DNA from: an uncultured Gammaproteobacteria bacterium
Lineage (GTDB): Bacteria; Patescibacteriota; Microgenomatia; JALYQM01
DNA length: 64,000 nt
Assembly (NCBI GenBank): GCA_964403585.1
Contig: CAYOFQ010000002.1
Location: forward strand, 5,667 to 69,666
Reading direction: 5' to 3'
Position numbers and translations under genes: made by a program. The notes under the pieces are model-generated. The model had not been told where the DNA came from. It searched no databases and worked only from the letters and a program-made list of their open reading frames with translations. Of this stretch, positions 56,516 to 64,000 are shown one piece after another; within the stretch, counting starts at the first letter, position 1, and the number at the start of each line of letters is the position of its first letter.

Positions 56516-58576
56516 TTACTCTTTCTTCGTCACATTTTCCTTCAACTCCACCTTAAAAATCTTCTGCTTTGTCAAAACATATAATTGCTTTTGCGCAACA
56601 TCAATTAGAATATCACTCGCATCTTTAAACTCTGGTGAAGTATATGTCGACACATAACTGCCATCCTTTTTAGAAACCACTACCACCCGGGCATTCATCT
56701 CATCCAGAATATATAAAAAATCAATCTCAGCATCAGTCGCAACCGCCCGTACATTTGTCAAATCCCCCTCCACTCCTGATACACTAAAGGTATCCTCTTT
56801 TCCTGAGAACAATTTAATAATATCCCCACTCTTTTTTCCGATCCACACATTTCCGTCGATCGCAAAACTAACTGCATCAGACAAATCCACCGTCACATCT
56901 GATGAAATATAATTACGAACCGGACCGAAACCATTCCCTTCAGGAATGTATTTCCAGATCTGAGCTTTTCCCTGATCTAAAAGGTATAAATTCCCGCCAA
57001 ATAGCTGAACATCAGTCAAGGTGCCCCAAACATCCGCGGGCTCAAGTAATCGCACCACTTCTGAACTTTGCTCTTGAGTACGCACAATACCTTTTCTTGC
57101 ACTCACACCGTAAGTAACAGTCTTATCACCTTCTGCACCGATCAATCCATCTAAATCATTAGGGCCAATCACCGCTGAGGCTGACCGTGTTTCCGTTCCT
57201 ACCTGGTATACGGAATTATGCGCAACATCTGCGACCAGCAACGCTGTTCCGGTAAGCGCAAATCGTTCCCCCACCGCCTGAGCATTTACCGTCGACAAAT
57301 CAAAGTAAGGTGAAAGATCAGTTAATGCGTATGTTTTAGTAACAACTCCATACGCCGACTCAATATCCCGGGATAACTTTTGAACTTCCGGATCTTTAAG
57401 AGTAGCCTCATCGAATTGCGATATAACCCGTCGGGCTTCCTGGAGATAATTCTTAGCTCGCTCGGGATTCAACTCAGCATAGTAAAGCCCTTGTTTATAC
57501 GCTTCTTCAGCTTGCGGCAATATTTCACTTTTAAGAACTGCGGTTTGCTTCTGGTTCTTAAACCTGTTCTCGTAATCATGTCCAATAAAAATAAACCCTG
57601 CAAATAAAAGCAGGATCATACATCCTAAAATAAAAACTCGTCGTCGGGTAAAAAAACTGGTAATTTTCTTACCGGCAGCAGCAATCTTACCCCGCGCCGC
57701 AGAAGGAATAATTTTTGCACTAAACCCTCGAATCGAAGCTTCTGATGAAAACAATCGCTCCCGCTCGGGGACCGGACTAGACAACGCAGCATCAACAGCA
57801 AGCTCTTTCTCAACAAACTCCGGATCCTCAGTCAGGGGAAGAGGTGAAGTAACATCTTCCTCCCGGCTTTCAGCAAAAACGATACTCTCTTCCTCTATAG
57901 AAGGCACGGCATCCGAACCGACATAACATCCAACAATACAGCAACTCGGATGAGTTTGTATTGGTTCATTAAAATACTGGGCTAATTTGGAATACGCTAA
58001 TGCCGAATCTAATTCTTTTAAACTTCCTAAGGTCAAAGGAAAATGACTTGTATCAACAGAACGATTAAATAAGCACAAAGTATCATTGGGTTGAATATAT
58101 CCGGAGAGACTTACAGCCAGGCTGGATCCTGAAGAGTCATCCGTCTCAAACAAATTTCCAAAAGTAGCCTCACGGTATAACCTCATTCCTGTCATTCCCC
58201 CACACCGAACCGTATACAAAACACTGCCCCAAACCACACCTATACAAAGCGAAAAATCAATATTCTCAACATTACCATACTCAAGGATCTTCTTCTCAAT
58301 GAAAGCCTGAGTTTGACGAACACAGTCCAGTAAATGTCCATGAACAGATACACACTCTCCCTGATAATATAATCCTTCAAAAAAAGGAAACACTTCCCTC
58401 CCCATTTGATCTATCGGGAAAACTTCCGGATACGTTATACAAAACAAACCAAAGATTCTCCCATGTGAAGCCAAAACAGAACCGACAGGACTGGTCAGAG
58501 GTAATCCTTCTACATATGATCCGGGAGCCGAAGCCGAGCTAAAAACAAATGGCTGGAAATTGAGCAGAGTATCCAT
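56516..58576 (-). CDS. Large membrane-spanning hypothetical protein (cytoplasmic N-domain, 1 TM, extracellular beta-propeller-like C-domain)
   Basis: 686 aa. TM VFILGCMILLLFAGFIFIG near aa 300. No confident domain call. Confidence 0.5.
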   Translation of the reverse strand: MDTLLNFQPFVFSSASAPGSYVEGLPLTSPVGSVLASHGRIFGLFCITYPEVFPIDQMGREVFPFFEGLYYQGECVSVHGHLLDCVRQTQAFIEKKILEYGNVENIDFSLCIGVVWGSVLYTVRCGGMTGMRLYREATFGNLFETDDSSGSSLAVSLSGYIQPNDTLCLFNRSVDTSHFPLTLGSLKELDSALAYSKLAQYFNEPIQTHPSCCIVGCYVGSDAVPSIEEESIVFAESREEDVTSPLPLTEDPEFVEKELAVDAALSSPVPERERLFSSEASIRGFSAKIIPSAARGKIAAAGKKITSFFTRRRVFILGCMILLLFAGFIFIGHDYENRFKNQKQTAVLKSEILPQAEEAYKQGLYYAELNPERAKNYLQEARRVISQFDEATLKDPEVQKLSRDIESAYGVVTKTYALTDLSPYFDLSTVNAQAVGERFALTGTALLVADVAHNSVYQVGTETRSASAVIGPNDLDGLIGAEGDKTVTYGVSARKGIVRTQEQSSEVVRLLEPADVWGTLTDVQLFGGNLYLLDQGKAQIWKYIPEGNGFGPVRNYISSDVTVDLSDAVSFAIDGNVWIGKKSGDIIKLFSGKEDTFSVSGVEGDLTNVRAVATDAEIDFLYILDEMNARVVVVSKKDGSYVSTYTSPEFKDASDILIDVAQKQLYVLTKQKIFKVELKENVTKKE

Positions 58577-58619
58577 TACATAGAATATATCAGAAAAATG
58601 GAAGAAAGCGAAAGATCGA

Positions 58620-58856
58620 CTAGGACAAGAAAGACAACAGTGTCAAACCAAACAAACCAATCGCGCCTAATAGCAGAAACAAACTGATCACCACAAAAAC
58701 CGGCGCCAGCTGCGTCCTCAATACCCGATTCATCATTTGTACTTGGCGCATAATCAAAAACGTAAACCCTAAAACACCAAAAGAAACAACAGCAAAGATA
58801 ACCTTAATTAAAAGTATAAAAGCGGAATCAAAAGAAAAATCGGTAAAATTATCCAT
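58620..58856 (-). CDS. Small membrane protein (78 aa)
   Basis: Two TM helices. Separated from the upstream gene by 1 nt. Confidence 0.4.
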   Translation of the reverse strand: MDNFTDFSFDSAFILLIKVIFAVVSFGVLGFTFLIMRQVQMMNRVLRTQLAPVFVVISLFLLLGAIGLFGLTLLSFLS

Positions 58857-58857
58857 A

Positions 58858-59457
58858 TTAGTGCTCTTTCCTGCTAATTACTCCCCCATGCTCGGCAACA
58901 AGTTCACCAACCAGTCGGCTCACTTGATCAGGATACGGAATGTCATCAAACTCGATGTTGGTCATTTCCGCTGCGGTCTGTACAAAAACATCACCGTAAT
59001 TAAATGCCAGCTGAAACGCACCGGCTACTTCCGAACGGACATCCTGTATTTTAGTAAATTGGGCTTCTGCAAAGTTCTTGTTAAACAACCCCACAAAATC
59101 GACATCAATAATACGGTCATTAGTAATAATATTTACTGTAAAGAACCAAATCAGGAGACGCTCAAAACCATAAGCAAATACTAATAAATACCAGAAGATA
59201 AACATCGCGAAGCGCAACATGAGTGGAAGACTTTCATACATATTAGGTGCCAGATACAGTACCGCTCCTTGAGCAAAAAGTGGCACCAGCAGCATAGCAA
59301 AGACTCCCACGATCCAGGGTACATTAGTAATCTGATGCTTGCGAATCAGGAGATATAACTGCTCCCCTTCCTGTTGCTCGTTGAAGATCACTGAACGAGG
59401 CTGGACCAGGAACGCGGAGGTCAGAGTATTGTTATTGCGTGCTGCAGGTAAATGCAT
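58858..59457 (-). CDS. Bacterial PH-domain (bPH_2/YdbS-like) membrane protein
   Basis: 199 aa. Two N-terminal TM helices, then a beta-rich domain typical of bPH_2. Confidence 0.5.
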   Translation of the reverse strand: MHLPAARNNNTLTSAFLVQPRSVIFNEQQEGEQLYLLIRKHQITNVPWIVGVFAMLLVPLFAQGAVLYLAPNMYESLPLMLRFAMFIFWYLLVFAYGFERLLIWFFTVNIITNDRIIDVDFVGLFNKNFAEAQFTKIQDVRSEVAGAFQLAFNYGDVFVQTAAEMTNIEFDDIPYPDQVSRLVGELVAEHGGVISRKEH

Positions 59458-59510
59458 AGATATGAGTATATCAGTAACTATTATCTATTGTCTATGAGCT
59501 TTTTCCACGG

Positions 59511-61343
59511 TTATTTCTTCTCAATATTAAACAAGGCGCTCTGGATAAATAACTCACCCGGAGCACGCAGGTTAAACACTTGCTTAAATAAATCACCACT
59601 AATGGTTACTGTACCTTTATCAGTCTGGAAACTAACCTGATTAGTATATCCGCCATTAGCATATTGAGTAGAACCGATACCGGTAACGGAATTCACCGCA
59701 TCACCCCCAAGCTCCTGTTTTACCCGTTCAACCGACCAGGTATCACCGTTTGCTTTATCAGTCTGGGATACATGGGTAATGTTATTTCCGTCTTTCTTTA
59801 CCACCAGCACGGCATTCACAATATCGGCCATTTCTGATGAATTTAACCATGGATGCTTACGGGAACCACCACCACCGCGCGGCTTATACCAACCTTTATA
59901 AAACCAGGGGGAACCCGCAATCTTTTCATAGGCATCACCGGTCCAGCAACTCTGCGACCCGCACTTAGTATCCCACAACATCGGAGTGCTATGCCCTCGA
60001 CCTGAGTATGAATAAATCGCACCACCGGCAGTTGAAGCATAATAAGTCGTGATCATATCGTTAGAGGAGTTCGAAACAACGACCATACCTTTCGTTTCTT
60101 CCACTGCCTTATGCCATATGCTCGCTACCCCGCTGGTAGCCTTACTTGAGTTGTATACTTGACATGATTCAGTAATACAGATTGGTTTTGAAGCCACCAT
60201 TGCATAAGTACGGGCCGCAATAGCCTGAGCCTTCTGAGCTTCTAAATCCCACGATGAAGGCATCTCGGCAATACCCTTTAAGTAATTACCTTCAAAATCC
60301 AACGCTCCGGAACTGGTTTGAATTGTCGACGGAAAATCTCGCTTCTCAACACGGATATTCCCATAATACGCTTTAAGAATAGTTTCGTAATTTTGCCCGC
60401 TCTTAGCACGTCCTAAAGCGCCATACTGGCTCATTCCTTTGCGGTGTGGAGCTCCGAAAGAAAATGCTGCAAATGCCGGCGAGAAACCCGGATTATAGGT
60501 AGGGCTCGATGCTGCATCATCAGTCAAAGGGACATCCCCCACTGAAGACGTAAATGATCCGGTCTTCTCTGCTAATAATTGCTGTTGCCTGGCCGACAAA
60601 GCAGCAATCTGCGTCGATAAATCTGCCTGATACTTCTTTGCTTTAGCAATCTCTGCCTCATAAAAAGTTGCTTCTTTTGCAGTCTTCTCTTTTATTGAAG
60701 CCAGTCTGGAATTTTCTTTTTGTAAATCATTTTTAAGTTTCTCTGCGGTAGCCTTATCATCGTTGAGCGAACGCAACTCTGCACCAATACCTTTAATAAA
60801 TCGCTGATCTTCCTCAAGCGCCGCTTCTCTATAAGCAAGCCTTCTCGTTGCATCTCCTAATTCCGAACTTGAGAACAAAATCATTAACGGTGATGTACTT
60901 TTTGAGGTTATATAATAGGAATTTACCTTAGACTCAAACATATCCTGCTGTTCTTGCAGGCGTCCATCAGATTCTGCAATTGAGGTCTGCAGCCGTTTAA
61001 GTTCTTTTTGCTTCTGAGCTATTTGGCCTTCAACTTTTGTAATGGAATTCTTAACGCTATTAAGAGTGGTGGTTAAGCTGGTTAACTGCCCTTCCAAAGG
61101 CTTGGTAGCTTTTACTGAAGCTTCTCGGGCTGACTGCAATTCAGACAGCTTTTTTTCAATATCATCCAACTCATCAGCAAATACCAATGATAAAGAAGTG
61201 GAAGAGTGAATGAGTAAAGATAAACTGAGGATAAAAAGCAAAAAAGCTTTCATCCAAAAAGGTACACGCGAGAACATACTTTCATAATACCATACTAAAA
61301 TAAAGAGTACGCTAAACATCCGATTTACAATTAAGAAACACAT
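59511..61343 (-). CDS. SpoIID/LytB-domain protein with N-terminal coiled-coil
   Basis: Signal peptide (likely start MKAFLLFILSLSLL at 61253), about 230-aa coiled-coil, SpoIID/LytB core HRKGMSQYGA...AQKAQAIAARTYA, C-terminal beta domain. Confidence 0.65.
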   Translation of the reverse strand: MCFLIVNRMFSVLFILVWYYESMFSRVPFWMKAFLLFILSLSLLIHSSTSLSLVFADELDDIEKKLSELQSAREASVKATKPLEGQLTSLTTTLNSVKNSITKVEGQIAQKQKELKRLQTSIAESDGRLQEQQDMFESKVNSYYITSKSTSPLMILFSSSELGDATRRLAYREAALEEDQRFIKGIGAELRSLNDDKATAEKLKNDLQKENSRLASIKEKTAKEATFYEAEIAKAKKYQADLSTQIAALSARQQQLLAEKTGSFTSSVGDVPLTDDAASSPTYNPGFSPAFAAFSFGAPHRKGMSQYGALGRAKSGQNYETILKAYYGNIRVEKRDFPSTIQTSSGALDFEGNYLKGIAEMPSSWDLEAQKAQAIAARTYAMVASKPICITESCQVYNSSKATSGVASIWHKAVEETKGMVVVSNSSNDMITTYYASTAGGAIYSYSGRGHSTPMLWDTKCGSQSCWTGDAYEKIAGSPWFYKGWYKPRGGGGSRKHPWLNSSEMADIVNAVLVVKKDGNNITHVSQTDKANGDTWSVERVKQELGGDAVNSVTGIGSTQYANGGYTNQVSFQTDKGTVTISGDLFKQVFNLRAPGELFIQSALFNIEKK

Positions 61344-61363
61344 GCTTATGATAAAATAAACGT

Positions 61364-61786
61364 ATGAAGAAATGTTTAATTCTCATCCTCTTTTGTTTCT
61401 CATTTTTTGTTGCCCAGAATAGTATAGTTTTTGCCGCACCAACAGTCGAATGCAGCGCCACAATCAAGTGTCCTGCAGGTAAGTCGTGTGTTGGCTCATT
61501 TTGTGTTCAAGCTGCTCCCAGCCTACGCCCTGAATTCCAACAGGAAGGAGCCTTAACCTTTGCCGTCTCTCGATTCTTTACCTATTTATTGCCGGTTATC
61601 GGTATTCTCGGTTTCCTGCTTTTCCTCTGGTCGGGCTTCCAATTCCTGATGAGTAAAGGCGATCCTAAAGCCCTTGCCGCAGCTCAAGCGAGATTAACCT
61701 ATACCGCTATCGGATTGCTAATAATTTTCCTGGCATATAGTATTACAGCATACACAACCGGATTATTTGGATTGGTAACACCATGA
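61364..61786 (+). CDS. TrbC/VirB2-like pilin-family small membrane protein, paralog 1 of 5
   Basis: 140 aa. Signal peptide and Cys-rich short ectodomain. Two hydrophobic helices joined by the conserved turn WSGFQFLMSKGDPKALAAAQARLTYTAIG. Confidence 0.5.
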   Translation: MKKCLILILFCFSFFVAQNSIVFAAPTVECSATIKCPAGKSCVGSFCVQAAPSLRPEFQQEGALTFAVSRFFTYLLPVIGILGFLLFLWSGFQFLMSKGDPKALAAAQARLTYTAIGLLIIFLAYSITAYTTGLFGLVTP

Positions 61787-62205
61787 AAAAAGTATTTAAG
61801 AAAAGCTTTATCATCTCAATATTTGTATGTATCGGACTCTTGGGTATCAAAAATATTCAAGCTGCCAGCTCCGTTCCGGTTGCTACCTGCCAACCGATCC
61901 CGGGACAGGGAGTCTCCATTCAGGATTGTGCGAACGCTAACTTCCCAAAGGGTGCGCCCACTACGATCGGTGGTTGGGTTTCTACCATCTTAGGCCAGGT
62001 ATATACCATAGCGCTTGTCGTCATGCTCGCCTATTTAATCTGGGGTTCATATCGTTTTATGATGGCCGCCGGAGACCCCAAAGCCATTGCCGCAGCCAGA
62101 GCCCATCTGACGTGGGCAATCGCTGGTATGATCATCGTGTTTGTGGCATATTGGATATATCGTGTCATCAACGAACTGGCATTCTATGTATTCCAGGACA
62201 TTTAA
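61783..62205 (+). CDS. TrbC/VirB2-like pilin-family small membrane protein, paralog 2
   Basis: 140 aa. WGSYRFMMAAGDPKAIAAARAHLTWAIAG. ATGA overlap with paralog 1. Confidence 0.5.
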   Translation: MKKVFKKSFIISIFVCIGLLGIKNIQAASSVPVATCQPIPGQGVSIQDCANANFPKGAPTTIGGWVSTILGQVYTIALVVMLAYLIWGSYRFMMAAGDPKAIAAARAHLTWAIAGMIIVFVAYWIYRVINELAFYVFQDI

Positions 62206-62222
62206 TGGTACTATAAAAACAT

Positions 62223-62849
62223 ATGTATATATATAAATTGTTCTTAGATGTAATCGCAGCCGTAGCACCCCCTGAACCGGGAAGCAATACCCCAAGCAAT
62301 GAAGCCGGAAGCATTGTCGGACGAATTTTCCCTCCATTTCCCGGATTTAGCGGATCAATCAGTTTAACCAGATATTTTCTTACCTTATTCAATACAGCCC
62401 TCTATGTCGGCCTCGTCGCTGCTCTTATATATATAGTCTACGGAGCAATCAAATGGATTACCTCGGGCGGAGATATCAAAGCCCTCGCCGCAGCTCGCAA
62501 TACCATTACCCACGCTATAATGGGTGTTATCCTTCTTTCACTCGGCTTAGTCATGAGTCAGGTTGTCGGAACATTTGTCTCTCCCACACTCGACGACACT
62601 AATTCAAAGGCAGTATATATCTGCGGCTATGGCAGCCGCAAAGAACAATGCGATTTAAGTGGCATTCCACCATCAGAATGTTATCAGTCTATTACCTGTC
62701 ACCAAGTCTACTCACGTATTTTAAATGAAAAGGCCGACAAACTACAAATGAGCTACCCAAGCCAATACTGCTTCAGTGCCCAGGAATGCGACAAGGGCTG
62801 TAAACAAAATGAATTAATTAACACATATAAATATTGCCAGCCAATCTAA
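62223..62849 (+). CDS. TrbC/VirB2-like pilin-family protein, paralog 3, with extra Cys-rich C-terminal domain
   Basis: 208 aa. YGAIKWITSGGDIKALAAARNTITHAIMG, plus an about 80-aa C-terminal domain with 8 Cys. Confidence 0.45.
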   Translation: MYIYKLFLDVIAAVAPPEPGSNTPSNEAGSIVGRIFPPFPGFSGSISLTRYFLTLFNTALYVGLVAALIYIVYGAIKWITSGGDIKALAAARNTITHAIMGVILLSLGLVMSQVVGTFVSPTLDDTNSKAVYICGYGSRKEQCDLSGIPPSECYQSITCHQVYSRILNEKADKLQMSYPSQYCFSAQECDKGCKQNELINTYKYCQPI

Positions 62850-62853
62850 GAAT

Positions 62854-63204
62854 ATGAATAGTAAAAAATTACTTATCTTTTTCATACTGCTCACGGGGTT
62901 AATACCTACCCGGCTGGCTGAAGCGGCCGGGCTGGGAACCTTAAGTCCACCGACTGGTACAACTCTAGATCTGAATGCCAACGTTATCCGTTTTGTTAAT
63001 TTTGCTATCGGCAGCGGTACGGTTGTTTTTCTGTACATGTTTGTCCGTGGAGCGATTGAATGGACTATTTCCGAGGGAGATAAAATGAGGCTCGAAACCG
63101 CACGAAACCGCATGACCCAAGCCGCTATCGGACTACTGCTTTTAGGTACCTGTTTCGCAATCGCATCAATTGTGAGATCCTTAACCTATTCACGGGGATT
63201 TTAA
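62854..63204 (+). CDS. TrbC/VirB2-like pilin-family small membrane protein, paralog 4
   Basis: 116 aa. VRGAIEWTISEGDKMRLETARNRMTQAAIG. Confidence 0.45.
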   Translation: MNSKKLLIFFILLTGLIPTRLAEAAGLGTLSPPTGTTLDLNANVIRFVNFAIGSGTVVFLYMFVRGAIEWTISEGDKMRLETARNRMTQAAIGLLLLGTCFAIASIVRSLTYSRGF

Positions 63205-63262
63205 ACAATTTTGGAAAAAATATGGTATAATAAGTTGTCTTGAAGGGAGGTGAATTTAAAAC

Positions 63263-63646
63263 ATGTTCAAAAAAGCATATGCAAAATTAGTTGGTGTTTC
63301 ATCAGCAGCAACAGCGGTATTATCTTTGGCAACGGCTACATACGCTCAGGTAACCTTATCGTTCCCTACTACCAGCCAATACGGTTTCAACGATTTGCCA
63401 ACAGCTCTTAGCGGAGTCTTAAACCTCGTTTTCTTCTTTGCGTTAATCTTAGTTTTGATCTACCTCGTTTGGGGTGGTATCCAGTGGATCACATCCGGTG
63501 GAGACAAAGCAGGAACTGAAGCAGCTCGAGGTAAGATCACTGGCGCTATCGTCGGTATCATTATCGTTGCAGTAGCATTCGCAATCTTCCGATTGCTCAT
63601 GACATTCGTCGGTGCTACAAACTCTATCGTTATCACCAAACAATAA
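63263..63646 (+). CDS. TrbC/VirB2-like pilin-family small membrane protein, paralog 5
   Basis: 127 aa. SD GGAGG. WGGIQWITSGGDKAGTEAARGKITGAIVG. Followed by a strong terminator. Confidence 0.5.
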   Translation: MFKKAYAKLVGVSSAATAVLSLATATYAQVTLSFPTTSQYGFNDLPTALSGVLNLVFFFALILVLIYLVWGGIQWITSGGDKAGTEAARGKITGAIVGIIIVAVAFAIFRLLMTFVGATNSIVITKQ

Positions 63647-63672
63647 AACTCAAAAACAAAATAGAGTTAAAA

Positions 63673-63702
63673 ATACCGGTCTTTATGACCGGTATTTTTT
63701 TG
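63673..63702 (+). terminator. Rho-independent terminator ATACCGGTCtttatGACCGGTATttttttt
   Basis: Perfect 9-bp stem plus a T7 run, 25 nt after the last pilin-like gene. Confidence 0.8.
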
Positions 63703-63720
63703 CATAAAGTAATATTTTTT

Positions 63721-63833
63721 ACGAGTCATAAGTGTAAGACGACCTTCTCTGCCATACCTTGAACGGCAGAGCAGAGCTTTAAATGCCAATAAGTAAAGGC
63801 ATTAAGCGTGTCGTCTTACACTTATGACGAGTA
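63721..63833. repeat. Conserved structured intergenic element, copy X2 (19-bp outer inverted repeat, inner hairpin CTCTGCCataccttgaacGGCAGAG)
   Basis: Outer arms GTCATAAGTGTAAGACGAC/GTCGTCTTACACTTATGAC. The core is homologous to X1 at 20626-20711. Confidence 0.5.
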
Positions 63834-64000
63834 GGATTAATTTAAAGCGGTATCGTCACCGGCAACCAATAGGCAAAGAAAGCAAAATAGGCAATAAAAA
63901 ACAGTGCCGTTAATTTCCAGTCACAGTATTTGAAAAGATAATAGCAAGTTAAAAGCAAAATAAAAGGAAACGCCGGAACATAATAAAAAGAATATTGAAC

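Overview
This 64-kb window looks like a low-GC (~38-40%) bacterial chromosome that uses the standard genetic code. It may be Patescibacteria/CPR-like or Firmicutes-like; I cannot place the taxon from sequence alone. Many genes appear to be leaderless, with TATAAT 6-10 nt before the ATG.

Left to right, the window contains:
- a Type I restriction-modification operon (hsdR partial, hsdS, an inserted NYN-domain nuclease, hsdM with an extra N-terminal HTH);
- a RibD_C-family (dihydrofolate-reductase-like) gene and membrane proteins;
- a divergent isoprenoid-synthase-like / cytochrome P450 pair;
- an 863-aa surface protein with C-type lectin, FN3 and LysM domains;
- a 7-gene minus-strand operon of small proteins (RibD_C/DHFR-like x2, DUF1801, MORN, VOC, DUF1428, deaminase);
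- a ~1-kb island at the 3' end of a tRNA-Asn(GUU) that is interrupted by a 205-nt group I intron; the island carries a GC-rich ORF and a type III hammerhead ribozyme and is bounded by a 16-bp direct repeat of the tRNA 3' end;
- MazG, then the dnaG-rpoD operon;
- three GC-rich, compositionally atypical secreted-protein genes and a membrane metzincin-like protease, each GC-rich gene behind a conserved promoter-plus-leader module;
- a tRNA-rich stretch (Ser-GGA, Ser-CGA, Arg, Ser-GCU, Ser-UGA) mixed with a lipase, a CcdA-thioredoxin fusion, an FTR1 iron permease, an HNH endonuclease, an IMPase, an EEP nuclease and an SDR;
- a three-gene module ending in an OmpR-type regulator, then comF, a beta-propeller phytase and corA;
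- ssrA (tmRNA) divergent from smpB;
- a SpoIID/LytB protein and five tandem TrbC/VirB2-like small membrane proteins.

The most unusual signals are:
- a five-copy conserved promoter-leader module (CCTATAGTA box, TTAACAAGAG box, GAGCTCAATTGAGCTC palindrome) that always precedes GC-rich foreign-looking genes;
- the hammerhead ribozyme;
- the intron-containing tRNA with an att-like repeat;
- a conserved ~85-nt structured repeat present twice (20.6 kb and 63.7 kb).

No CRISPR array, rRNA, or recognisable transposase or integrase was found.
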